Virus record (IMG/VR): IMGVR_UViG_3300002143_000172
Coordinates: 95,171 to 159,170 of that record
Direction: 5' to 3' (one strand)
Length of the DNA stretch: 64,000 nucleotides
From: a virus
Position numbers and translations under genes: made by a program. Each line of letters starts with the position of its first letter. Within the stretch, counting starts at the first letter, position 1. The notes beneath the pieces are model-generated. The model was not told where the DNA came from. It worked only from the letters and a program-made list of their open reading frames with translations, and made no database searches. Shown one piece after another: positions 36,941-46,183 of the stretch.

Positions 36941-38342
36941 AATTAGCCTCAAAAAAATCTGTCAACGGATTGTAGTTCTTAAAAGCTAAGAATTGCCGTT
37001 GATTGTGCTTTGTTATCTCTTGAACAGAATAGTAAAAATCATGTACCTGTTCTAATGACATGTTAGCAAATCTTACAATTTCTTTTTCTATTAGAGCAAG
37101 CCTCTTCTTTGGATCTTGTTCTAAGTCATAACTTTCATCAATGAACGGATGAAATGTTTTATATCCTAGTCTACGAAGTTCTTCGAGTGCTTTATAATTT
37201 CCTATGTATATAAACGGTTGTAAGTTTAATATAGGTCTAAAAGTCTTCTCAGTCATAAACGGACTGCCCGATGCATCAAACTGCGTTTCTGATACTATAT
37301 GTATGTAACTATCTTCGTACAATTCTTTTTTGTTATTTTCGTTAGACTGAAATCCCATTTTTCCATCAGGAGTTAAGTCCTGGGTGTCTACTTCATAGGG
37401 CATAAGATTTACAATGGTATCCACTGCCTCTGTTAATTCTTCGCTAGTCCCATCAACAAGTTCACCTAATGCACCTACTGGATCATCATTTGGTAAAGAA
37501 TGTATGAAACTAAAGATTCCGTCTTTAAGTAAATTGTGCTTTAAGGCTAGGTAAAAGATTGCTACTCTATGTGGCCTGTTCATAGCACGATTCCAGCAGA
37601 TAAACTTTTTAGATCTAAGTTTAGCTGTGTCTAGATCTGTTTCTCTTACATAGTCGCAGAGATACCCTAGTGAACTTCTTTCAATTGGATATCGACTTGC
37701 AATTTCTGCTTGCTGTTGCATCGAGGCGTGTGCAGTTCCGAGTCTTGCACGACCTTGATAATCTGTTCTAAAGTTTCCCTGAAGTAAATTTACATCGGTT
37801 CCGGGTACTCCTATTTTAACAAAGGCATTTTCAACATTCAATAGCGTATTTTTATCATATGACGGTTCTGTGCCATTGAACAGAATAGGTTTTACCTTAC
37901 CGGTCTTTAACAATTCTAATAAACGAGGGCCCAGTGTGTCTGCATAAGAATAGGTGCTGATTGTCCCATCTATGTTAAAATCAAAGTTATCGTATATGTA
38001 ACCTAAATTTCCTCTGTCTAATTCGTAGGGCAGGAAGTAGGTAATATCGTCAGTTTCGTTGACCTCGTCTATTCCTACTATACTATCTTCTCCATAGTGC
38101 TTTTTAAAAAAATATAAAAGACTGCAATGCTGAAATACAACACCCGATCCTTTGGAGAAATACTCTTTTTCTAATTCCCAAATACGGCAATATTGATTGC
38201 CGTTAAACGATAATTCTTTTTCGGACGCTTCTTTTTGCATCCATGCGACCACGGACGGATGCAGGCCATTTGCTATAGGGAGGCGGGCATTTGTTAATTG
38301 CACCCAATCTTGATATACAAGTTTAAATTTTAAATCTGACAT
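36930..38342 (-). CDS. Glycosyltransferase-like protein (GT10-like C-terminus)
   Basis: FICWNR..RPHR, IVSET, TEKTFRPILNLQPF. Confidence 0.55.
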   Translation of the reverse strand: MSDLKFKLVYQDWVQLTNARLPIANGLHPSVVAWMQKEASEKELSFNGNQYCRIWELEKEYFSKGSGVVFQHCSLLYFFKKHYGEDSIVGIDEVNETDDITYFLPYELDRGNLGYIYDNFDFNIDGTISTYSYADTLGPRLLELLKTGKVKPILFNGTEPSYDKNTLLNVENAFVKIGVPGTDVNLLQGNFRTDYQGRARLGTAHASMQQQAEIASRYPIERSSLGYLCDYVRETDLDTAKLRSKKFICWNRAMNRPHRVAIFYLALKHNLLKDGIFSFIHSLPNDDPVGALGELVDGTSEELTEAVDTIVNLMPYEVDTQDLTPDGKMGFQSNENNKKELYEDSYIHIVSETQFDASGSPFMTEKTFRPILNLQPFIYIGNYKALEELRRLGYKTFHPFIDESYDLEQDPKKRLALIEKEIVRFANMSLEQVHDFYYSVQEITKHNQRQFLAFKNYNPLTDFFEANYGN

Positions 38343-39625
38343 AATTCTTTCAATGGATTAAAGTTCTTAAAAGAGTGTAGATGTTTCTGATTATGGATTA
38401 ATCGATCTTTAATAGAATAGTACCAATTGTGTATTTCTTTTAAGGATAGATTATTAAATTTTACAATTTCTCGTTCGATAAGTTGAAATCTCTTTCTAGG
38501 ATCAACTTCTAAATCATAACTTTCATCAATAAACGGATGAAAAGTTTTAAATCCTAACTCTTTAATCTTATTTAATGCTAGGGTATTACCCACATGAATA
38601 AACGGTTGCAGATTTAAAATAGGTCTCCAAGTCTTCTCACTCATAAATGGTGTCCCGGGTTGATCAAACTCGGTTTCCGATACAATGTGTAGATACGAAT
38701 CTAGATACAGCTCTTTCTTGTTATTTGTAACGGTAAAGAATCGTCCCAATTCTTCATATTCTAAATGATGTGTATCAAGTTGATACGGTAATAGACTATC
38801 AATTTTCTCTGCATAGCTGTTGTCGTCGTCTACTATCCTAGCTAAGAGATCTTTAGTGTTGTCTTCTGGACTATATAAGAAACTAAAAAATCCATCATCG
38901 AGTAAATTATGTTTTAGTGCTAAGTAGCAAAGACCTAGTCGATGGGGCCTGTTCATATATCTGTTCCAACAGATAAACTTCTTGGTCCTCTGTGTAAGAT
39001 CGTTGAGATCTTCAATCCTTACAAAATCACTTTCATATCCCAGTGCTGTAGGGTAGGGGTACTTGTCCATTTCATTTGCAGTTTGGTATAAAGATATGAC
39101 AGATTCTAGCATCTGCATTGATGAATTGTGCTCCTTTATATTTCCCTGCATCATAATTACTTTCTCAATCCCCTGCTTGTTAAAAAACTTTTCAATTTCT
39201 TTAATAGTTCCTGGTTCTGCAGAAGGATCGATCATGTTTACCAACAAGATGCCAACTTTTCCCGATCGTAAGTGCTCTAGCATCTTAGGAGATAGAGTTT
39301 CAATGAAATTATAATTTGGTTGGGTATCGGTGATATAGTGAACTGTGTTACATTCAATCTCTATAGGAAATAGGTATGTTCCTTCTTCATCTATTTCATC
39401 ATCACTGACCATTGGTATGTTTTCTCTAGCACTATGATAAAAAAAGTTACTGTGTCTAAAATAGTAAGTAGATGTGGGATCGTTAAAAAAATAACGAGTA
39501 TCTATTTCTTTGAGATGTGAGCTAGCCCACTCGCGAAACTCTTTGGTAAGTCCGTTGGGAAATGGACGGAGTTCATTATCTATCTCGTACCAATTTGAAT
39601 AAACCAGTTTTAAAATGCGATCCAT
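38330..39625 (-). CDS. Glycosyltransferase-like protein (GT10-like C-terminus)
   Basis: FICWNR..RPHR, IVSET, SEKTWRPILNLQPF. Confidence 0.55.
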   Translation of the reverse strand: MDRILKLVYSNWYEIDNELRPFPNGLTKEFREWASSHLKEIDTRYFFNDPTSTYYFRHSNFFYHSARENIPMVSDDEIDEEGTYLFPIEIECNTVHYITDTQPNYNFIETLSPKMLEHLRSGKVGILLVNMIDPSAEPGTIKEIEKFFNKQGIEKVIMMQGNIKEHNSSMQMLESVISLYQTANEMDKYPYPTALGYESDFVRIEDLNDLTQRTKKFICWNRYMNRPHRLGLCYLALKHNLLDDGFFSFLYSPEDNTKDLLARIVDDDNSYAEKIDSLLPYQLDTHHLEYEELGRFFTVTNNKKELYLDSYLHIVSETEFDQPGTPFMSEKTWRPILNLQPFIHVGNTLALNKIKELGFKTFHPFIDESYDLEVDPRKRFQLIEREIVKFNNLSLKEIHNWYYSIKDRLIHNQKHLHSFKNFNPLKELCQI

Positions 39626-40239
39626 TTTCCAGAGCCATAATGGGGGTACTTAGATTTATATTCGTAGTGTATTACATCTGCAGGTATTTCTCTTTTCTTT
39701 GCCCATGTTGCTTCCGTAGGAGTGTATGTCGACACTCCGTTATCCTCTACTACAAAATACAATGGTAAATCAAAGTTCCTAGCATATTTGTGTGCTTCAT
39801 AAAAGGCTCCGGTCTCAAAACTCATATCACCCACAAAGACCCAAACCTTGTCAGTGCTACCGCTGTTCTTTAGAGATAACGCAACTCCAAGAGCGATAGG
39901 AAGGGTAGCGGTAACGATCGCACTACTGTAAAACTTTTCGTCAATATTGCAAAGGGTGATAGACTTTCCGGCAAGGATTTCATCCTCAATCCAGGTTGGA
40001 TCGATACCTTTGAGGAACGCATGATAATGACTACGCCATGTTGAGAATACCCAATCGGTTGTTTTTATTCTTTTAAAAATTTCAATAAGCTGTTCTTCGT
40101 TACCGTTAGATAAGTGAACTGGTCCCCTTATCTTTGCCGCTTCCCAATGACTAACTATTAGTTCTTCAAACGCTATTAAATCATCGCTTGAATGGGCAAT
40201 GTCTCGTTGTATTGTATATTGGTCAATATTTTGTATCAT
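39610..40239 (-). CDS. ThDP enzyme alpha-like subunit (E1 dehydrogenase family)
   Basis: HLSNGNE, STWRSH, ThDP motif GDMSFETG...EDN. Confidence 0.88.
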   Translation of the reverse strand: MIQNIDQYTIQRDIAHSSDDLIAFEELIVSHWEAAKIRGPVHLSNGNEEQLIEIFKRIKTTDWVFSTWRSHYHAFLKGIDPTWIEDEILAGKSITLCNIDEKFYSSAIVTATLPIALGVALSLKNSGSTDKVWVFVGDMSFETGAFYEAHKYARNFDLPLYFVVEDNGVSTYTPTEATWAKKREIPADVIHYEYKSKYPHYGSGKWIAF

Positions 40240-40781
40240 CTGTCTCTCTTTTGTAGTATTGGTTTGTCAGTTGGCCATTCAATGTTAAACTTGGGATCAT
40301 TCCACTTGACGACCCCTTGCCTGTTTTCATCTACATAGTCACCTTCGTAGAACAAGTTATAATGAAATATGCAATCTGTAAGGGCAAAGTGCCCGTTCGC
40401 AAATCCCGGAGGAACTAATACTTGATCTCTGGTACGCTCACTAATAATGTAGGATTCCCATTTTCCATAAGTTGGACTACCTGCTCTAACATCTAGCACA
40501 ACCAAATAGATTTCTCCTACTAGTGCTTGTACCAGTTTCCATGTTTTATCATCGTAGTGTAGTCCACGAAGCACTCCCTTGTATGATCTAGAAAACCTAC
40601 CATGTATATTAACTTCTTTTGGTAGTAGGTCGTGTATAGGATGATCAACAGAATGATATGTAGTAAATATCTCTCCTCTGTATTCTCTATAGACACTAGG
40701 AGAGTAAACAGGTACTTCTGTGTTAAAAGACCTTAAGTGTGCAACATCAAAATTATTCCATGCTTTATTCTTATAACTCAT
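40236..40781 (-). CDS. rmlC: dTDP-4-dehydrorhamnose 3,5-epimerase
   Basis: GVLRGLHY, KLV, DVRAGSPTYGKW, VPPGFANG, WNDP...IEWP. Confidence 0.9.
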   Translation of the reverse strand: MSYKNKAWNNFDVAHLRSFNTEVPVYSPSVYREYRGEIFTTYHSVDHPIHDLLPKEVNIHGRFSRSYKGVLRGLHYDDKTWKLVQALVGEIYLVVLDVRAGSPTYGKWESYIISERTRDQVLVPPGFANGHFALTDCIFHYNLFYEGDYVDENRQGVVKWNDPKFNIEWPTDKPILQKRDR

Positions 40782-42217
40782 AATCGTGTTTTTCCAAATA
40801 GGTAGCCAATAAATTTGGCACTGTGCGGTTCGTTGCGATAGATGTCAAGTAATTTATAATGATTGTGGATTAGGATATCCTCCATACTCCAATACCAATT
40901 ATGTATTTCTTCTTGGCTCATAGCACATAACCGCTTAACCTCATCAGCAATCATCATCATCCGTTTTGTATTATCGGGTTCTGTGTCATAGCTTTCATTA
41001 ATGAATCCATCGAATGTTTTAAACCCCAAACTCCTTAGTTCTTGAAGTGCGCCCGGAAACGATAAGAATAAGAAAGGATTAAAATTTGCCACAGCTTTAA
41101 ATACCTTCTCAGTCATAGATTTATATACACCGTGTACATAAGTTTCGGTAGCAACATAAAAATAAGAATTTAAGTTATGTTTGCTATGTTGATCTCCCCA
41201 ACCACTAACGGAAAAATAATTACTTCCCGGTTCATCTTTAAGACTGTGCGGGATCTGTTCATGCAGTTGTTTAACAACTTCCATATTATAGCCTAATGGA
41301 AAAGAATTAGCCCTTGCATAACTTTCTTCAAAGGATACAGGATCATGGCACGACCAGTCTGCTTTATCTAGTAGCCCTTCCGACGCAAACTTATACAGCA
41401 GGGCAAGCCTGTGGTCTCTTGCACGGCGTATGGGCATTAGAAAATAGTTAGGTCGTATGGTATTCTTTGAGGATTTAAATATTTCTTCGTTCAATCTTAT
41501 ATCTGGATTATTGTCGTAGTACCAAGAGATCTGACATAGTATGTAAGGTAAGTTTCTAACTTCTAATAATCGGTGTTCGGGACTGAACCAATTCTCATAT
41601 ACTTCTTGGGCATTAAAACTATTAACTGATAGCACGATGCTTTCTTTTGGAATTCCACTATAGCGTATTCCTTCATGCAGATTTTGGTAATCACCTTGCT
41701 CAATAAAGTTTTCGTTGGCCCAATCTAAGAATACGATTGCATCTCCCTTACGAAGGTCTTTAAGAACAGACTCACTTATGTGTTTCCAGAAGTATTCGCC
41801 GTTTAACTTACTGCCGACATTATCTCTGCCAGTACATCTAGGAAAATGTAAAGTTAGTTTAATTGGGTACACATACCGTCTAAAGCCGTCACGATGAAGA
41901 TTCCTTCTGCCAAAGTAAACGCTGTTCTCGTAAATCTGTACGCTAGGGTGATAACATCTATTACGCAAATAGGATCCATTCATACCTAGACTGTTGGGCA
42001 TATCCCCAAGTCCTTTTCCAAACATCTGCTTAAATGGGCTGTCCTCTTTCTCTGTATGCTCATCAAAGAAACTTTCAGTAGTTAATCTATCTGAGAATTG
42101 CGTGTGGATGTAATTTACAACTCCCATTTCAATAGGAAGGGCGTTGGGCATGACTGTATTTGGTAAAATATAATCATAGAAGAAAGGTAGAACTGGTTTT
42201 TTAGAATTATTGTACAT
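40778..42217 (-). CDS. Glycosyltransferase-like protein (GT10-like C-terminus)
   Basis: RDHR, VATET, TEKVFKAVANFNPF, GFKTF...ESYD. Confidence 0.55.
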   Translation of the reverse strand: MYNNSKKPVLPFFYDYILPNTVMPNALPIEMGVVNYIHTQFSDRLTTESFFDEHTEKEDSPFKQMFGKGLGDMPNSLGMNGSYLRNRCYHPSVQIYENSVYFGRRNLHRDGFRRYVYPIKLTLHFPRCTGRDNVGSKLNGEYFWKHISESVLKDLRKGDAIVFLDWANENFIEQGDYQNLHEGIRYSGIPKESIVLSVNSFNAQEVYENWFSPEHRLLEVRNLPYILCQISWYYDNNPDIRLNEEIFKSSKNTIRPNYFLMPIRRARDHRLALLYKFASEGLLDKADWSCHDPVSFEESYARANSFPLGYNMEVVKQLHEQIPHSLKDEPGSNYFSVSGWGDQHSKHNLNSYFYVATETYVHGVYKSMTEKVFKAVANFNPFLFLSFPGALQELRSLGFKTFDGFINESYDTEPDNTKRMMMIADEVKRLCAMSQEEIHNWYWSMEDILIHNHYKLLDIYRNEPHSAKFIGYLFGKTRL

Positions 42218-42229
42218 AATCTCGTTTTA

Positions 42230-42979
42230 TTATATGCTACTATTATTTAAGTGAAATGAATACAGCTCATCGGCAAACATTAAATGCGGCTGCTCATCGT
42301 GGTGCCAATATTGTGCTTTGGAGTTAGTAAATCCTAAATTTCGATACTTCCAATAGAATGATTGATCGTTGTCTGTTGCGTTAAGATAGCGAGTGTTATC
42401 TATTAAGTCTAGATAAACTTGTATATGCTTATTGTTAGTAAACATGTGCATGGTATTGCACATTAGGTAATCAATCTTGTTTAATTTAAAGAAGTATTGC
42501 ATTTGAAGGACTGTAGACGCACTGATAGTTTCTAAATAGATTTGATTAAAAGGATCTACCATAAAATTATGACACCTCTCAATCATTTCCTGTTCTTCTT
42601 TAAAAGTGCCCTTGTACCCAAAGTTAACTCTAAAAAAATCTCTAGATGCCTCGGATAGAAAATCACTTGCTGGGTTCCATTCCTCGTAATGGGTAGGGCG
42701 GGCGTTGGGGATTTCCATGCGAGAACTCTCCGACCATGCCACTAGCACCATAAGGTCCATATTATCATGATAACACTTTGAGTACCACTCTAGAACAGTA
42801 CGGGCCATGCCTTGATTACTTGACCCACTTAGGGCAATGTTAACAGCCCGACGACCCAACTTTTCAGCCAATACATTTCCAAAACTATGCTGTCTATTGT
42901 ATGCACTATCCTGTGAGCCATCTATTTCAGATCCGGCGGCATTACTACATCCCGTAATTAATAATACCCTGTCTTTCAT
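42230..42979 (-). CDS. SGNH/GDSL-like protein
   Basis: ITGCSNAAG, SGSSN, terminal WHH...H. Confidence 0.55.
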   Translation of the reverse strand: MKDRVLLITGCSNAAGSEIDGSQDSAYNRQHSFGNVLAEKLGRRAVNIALSGSSNQGMARTVLEWYSKCYHDNMDLMVLVAWSESSRMEIPNARPTHYEEWNPASDFLSEASRDFFRVNFGYKGTFKEEQEMIERCHNFMVDPFNQIYLETISASTVLQMQYFFKLNKIDYLMCNTMHMFTNNKHIQVYLDLIDNTRYLNATDNDQSFYWKYRNLGFTNSKAQYWHHDEQPHLMFADELYSFHLNNSSI

Positions 42980-45201
42980 TGTGCAACTGATCTTTTTATA
43001 TTAGATATTGAGATAGTATGCATGACAGCTTTCTCTGGAATTTTTACAGAAGTTATAGCGGGGACTGCTATTTCATAGTTCCTATAGTCTCCCCAATTAC
43101 CTTCTCCAGTATAGCTATGTGTAAACGAGAAATCAGTTTCTTTGTTTAGCTTAAATTCTTCTTGCAATACTTCCCAGAATTTCATATCATTCCATCCCGT
43201 CTTTAAATCCCAATCAGGCTTGGCTAACTTCCTGGCTCGTTTAGCAGAGTTGCTAGTTAGTCGTGTAAACTCTTGTGTATAGAATGGGCCACATCGTTCA
43301 GGATCTTCTTCCTTGACCGGGGGTTGCTTGACTTGTATAAATTCAAAATCAAAGTCGGCTGTCCAATCCCCTGCATCATTAATCTTAAATTTAAAATTAG
43401 CATTATAGATTGCTGGCCCGTATTGGCTTCCAAATTCTTTAAGATCTATTTCCGGATTAAACTTTATTTCTGCTTCGTATCCGCCGCGGCATCTCCACAA
43501 GGTACGGAACATTGGCCATAACTCGTTTACTAATTCGTCAGCAAATGGATTTTTATTTAATTTTATAATGTTGTAATCAAAGTCTTCGTACTCTATATTC
43601 CTTGCTGTATTTTCATTGTCAAACTTGATAGAGTAATGATCCTTGACTAGATTATCTCGTATCGGATATCCAAACTTTTGTTCGCTCATGTTAACTATGC
43701 AATCAATAAACATATAAAAAGATTTAACTCGAGACATTATATGGGTGCCCCCTAGTGTAAAGTCTTTAGTGATCCAATGATCGAGATATTTAAAATGACT
43801 TAGATCAAACTTCTCTGGGTTCTGTCCTACAATAGTTTCTGGTCCAAGACCAAACCCAAGCCCTGCGCCCACATTATTGATATTCATATTTCTCATGCGC
43901 CACAGAAAGGTCATAGTATCTGCAAAGTCTTTTTTCTTTTCTGTAGGGAAACCTACAATCCAATTAGTAGCGGCGAAGATTCCTACCTCCTTGCCATCTC
44001 TAAAGTTTTGTTCCATCTCTGCAATAGTAACACCCTTGGCCATTGAATCTAACACCCGTTGGCTTCCGGATTCAATTCCATAGTTTAGAATTATACAACC
44101 ACCTGCCTTTAGATCTTTAAAGTATTCTAGGTCCATACGCCCGTCACAGCGAGCGTAACCAGTCCAATGAATAGGAAGATTCTTTGCCGATACTGCCTTG
44201 CAAAAAGCTCGTAACTCTTTTAAATTTCCGTTGACTAAACTATCAATGAACCAGATAACATCAGTTCCTTTATTGTAATAGAGCCATTCAACCTCTGTAA
44301 TTAAATCTACTGCTTGTCGTTGGCGATATTTAAAGAAATGAGTTTCTTCACAGAATGTACACTTAGCGGTACATCCTCTGCTTATCTCACTGTTAACACC
44401 GTTTGGAATAGTGTACTGACTAAAATCAATACTCTCGTAATCGGGCATAGGGAGCCCGTTAATGTTAATGCGCTCTTCTTCTGGTTGTGTTATATACTGT
44501 TGTTCGGAGTGGGTTATCTTGTTTTCAACATCATCTAGTATTTTTAATAAAGACTGCTCACCTTCTCCGTTCACAACATAATCATAAATTGGATCTCTAT
44601 TAAACCATGCTTTCTGAACATTGCTGCCACCCACTGCTAATTTTAGATGTGGCATCCGCTTTTTTAATTCTTTGGCCATCCAGTTTGTGGGTTGTTCGCT
44701 AGTATAGTATTGAGTAAAACCCACAATGTCAGGATTCAATGCCGCAATTTCGTCCATTACTTCGTTCATCAATGGTTCAAGCAAAGGATGTATATCTTTC
44801 CAGTAAGTATCTCCTAGCCAATGCCATGTGGCGCTAGGATCCCAAAGCCTGTAAGGCAACTTCTTATTAGGAAGCCAATCATTTATAAAATTATTAAAGG
44901 CACGGATGTTAAGATCGATGATGTGTGTTTCGTAGCCCGCACTCTTAGCGATACCACTTAGTCTAGCTAGATTAAATGGAGGCATTTCTGTAGCCCATTC
45001 GGGACACATGATCAATACTAACTTAGTATTACGAGTCTTGTAATTAATATAGACTGGCGTAACATTTGATTGTTGTGTTTTTCTAGCATACGGAGCAATC
45101 GCATCCATCATTGCTTGATGTCTTGCGTCGGCTATATCTGCAGGAGGCTGTTTAGGTAAGTCAACTGTGCTTCTGGCCAGCCCCTTCATCATAAAATCCA
45201 T
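42976..45201 (-). CDS. Cobalamin-binding radical SAM enzyme
   Basis: PPFNLARLS, PDIVGFT, AVGG, GEGE, SRGCTAKCTFC, GIESGSQRVL. Confidence 0.9.
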   Translation of the reverse strand: MDFMMKGLARSTVDLPKQPPADIADARHQAMMDAIAPYARKTQQSNVTPVYINYKTRNTKLVLIMCPEWATEMPPFNLARLSGIAKSAGYETHIIDLNIRAFNNFINDWLPNKKLPYRLWDPSATWHWLGDTYWKDIHPLLEPLMNEVMDEIAALNPDIVGFTQYYTSEQPTNWMAKELKKRMPHLKLAVGGSNVQKAWFNRDPIYDYVVNGEGEQSLLKILDDVENKITHSEQQYITQPEEERININGLPMPDYESIDFSQYTIPNGVNSEISRGCTAKCTFCEETHFFKYRQRQAVDLITEVEWLYYNKGTDVIWFIDSLVNGNLKELRAFCKAVSAKNLPIHWTGYARCDGRMDLEYFKDLKAGGCIILNYGIESGSQRVLDSMAKGVTIAEMEQNFRDGKEVGIFAATNWIVGFPTEKKKDFADTMTFLWRMRNMNINNVGAGLGFGLGPETIVGQNPEKFDLSHFKYLDHWITKDFTLGGTHIMSRVKSFYMFIDCIVNMSEQKFGYPIRDNLVKDHYSIKFDNENTARNIEYEDFDYNIIKLNKNPFADELVNELWPMFRTLWRCRGGYEAEIKFNPEIDLKEFGSQYGPAIYNANFKFKINDAGDWTADFDFEFIQVKQPPVKEEDPERCGPFYTQEFTRLTSNSAKRARKLAKPDWDLKTGWNDMKFWEVLQEEFKLNKETDFSFTHSYTGEGNWGDYRNYEIAVPAITSVKIPEKAVMHTISISNIKRSVAQ

Positions 45202-45205
45202 TCAA

Positions 45206-46183
45206 TTACTCCTTGGGGTCTACTGGTCGTTTTGGAATCAATATGTCTGTTCCACAATGGCAATGATCTTTTTTACAAATGATTTTTCTTGGACCAATCT
45301 CTAGGGTATCCCAAAGTATATTACCCAGGATGCCAACCTGTCCACAGGTACCCATGCTCACTTGCCCAACTTGGTCAATCCAGATGCTATCGCCGATGCT
45401 ACATTCCCAACCCTTAAAGAAGTTTTGTCTTTCTAATATCACTTCGTTACTGAATGTTCCGTTCTTAGTACCGTCTGACCAATATGATTCACTGTAGAAC
45501 AAGTTGTCAAAAGTTTTATGGGGGATCGTTTTTACACTGTCAACTTTATACTTTTCTAAGAATCGAAGTTTCTCGGGATCCTTATATTCCCATGGGCCAG
45601 CGTTCCTAGACATCTCATCGAACAATGGTGTCCATTCAATAAAATAGTTTGGCATTGATTGTTTTAACTTTTCTCCAAACTCTACAACTTCCCAAAAACG
45701 CTCATCGTGCATTAGCATCTTACAACTGAAGTAATTGAACTTATCAGAAAGAAATATAGCGTTATCTAAGTATCTCTGTTGATCAGCAAACTCAATGTGA
45801 AAGCTGGCCACAACATCATCAAAATAGTGATAGTGTTTCTTCCACCAATTTGTAGATCTACTAAAGTTAGTATTAACGGCAATTAATGTATTTGGCAGTG
45901 ACTCTCTAATCCATTCAATAATTGGGATTAAGTTTCTCCAGAGCGTGGGTTCCCCACCACTAAAGAAAAACTTAAAGTTTTCATACCCTAGTTCTCTGTA
46001 CTTGTCGGTTATGTTTTTAAGGTTGTCAATGTATAGTAACAGATTTTCATCGTTCCTGCTCTCGCCCGAATAGTTTCCAGGATTGCAGTAACTACATTTG
46101 TAATTACAGAAATTACTAACCTGCCATACCACATCAAGATATTTCTTGTTGGGTTCTATCTTTATAAGTTTTCTTGTGTCCAT
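45206..46183 (-). CDS. Radical SAM enzyme with C-terminal Cys-rich domain
   Basis: CNYKCSYC, SGGEPT, terminal C...C...C.C. Confidence 0.9.
   Translation of the reverse strand: MDTRKLIKIEPNKKYLDVVWQVSNFCNYKCSYCNPGNYSGESRNDENLLLYIDNLKNITDKYRELGYENFKFFFSGGEPTLWRNLIPIIEWIRESLPNTLIAVNTNFSRSTNWWKKHYHYFDDVVASFHIEFADQQRYLDNAIFLSDKFNYFSCKMLMHDERFWEVVEFGEKLKQSMPNYFIEWTPLFDEMSRNAGPWEYKDPEKLRFLEKYKVDSVKTIPHKTFDNLFYSESYWSDGTKNGTFSNEVILERQNFFKGWECSIGDSIWIDQVGQVSMGTCGQVGILGNILWDTLEIGPRKIICKKDHCHCGTDILIPKRPVDPKE

Noticed and set aside
29235-40239. Pyruvate dehydrogenase as a central-metabolism auxiliary gene
   Set aside because: Subunits are truncated, no E2 or E3 in the window, and both sit within NDP-sugar genes
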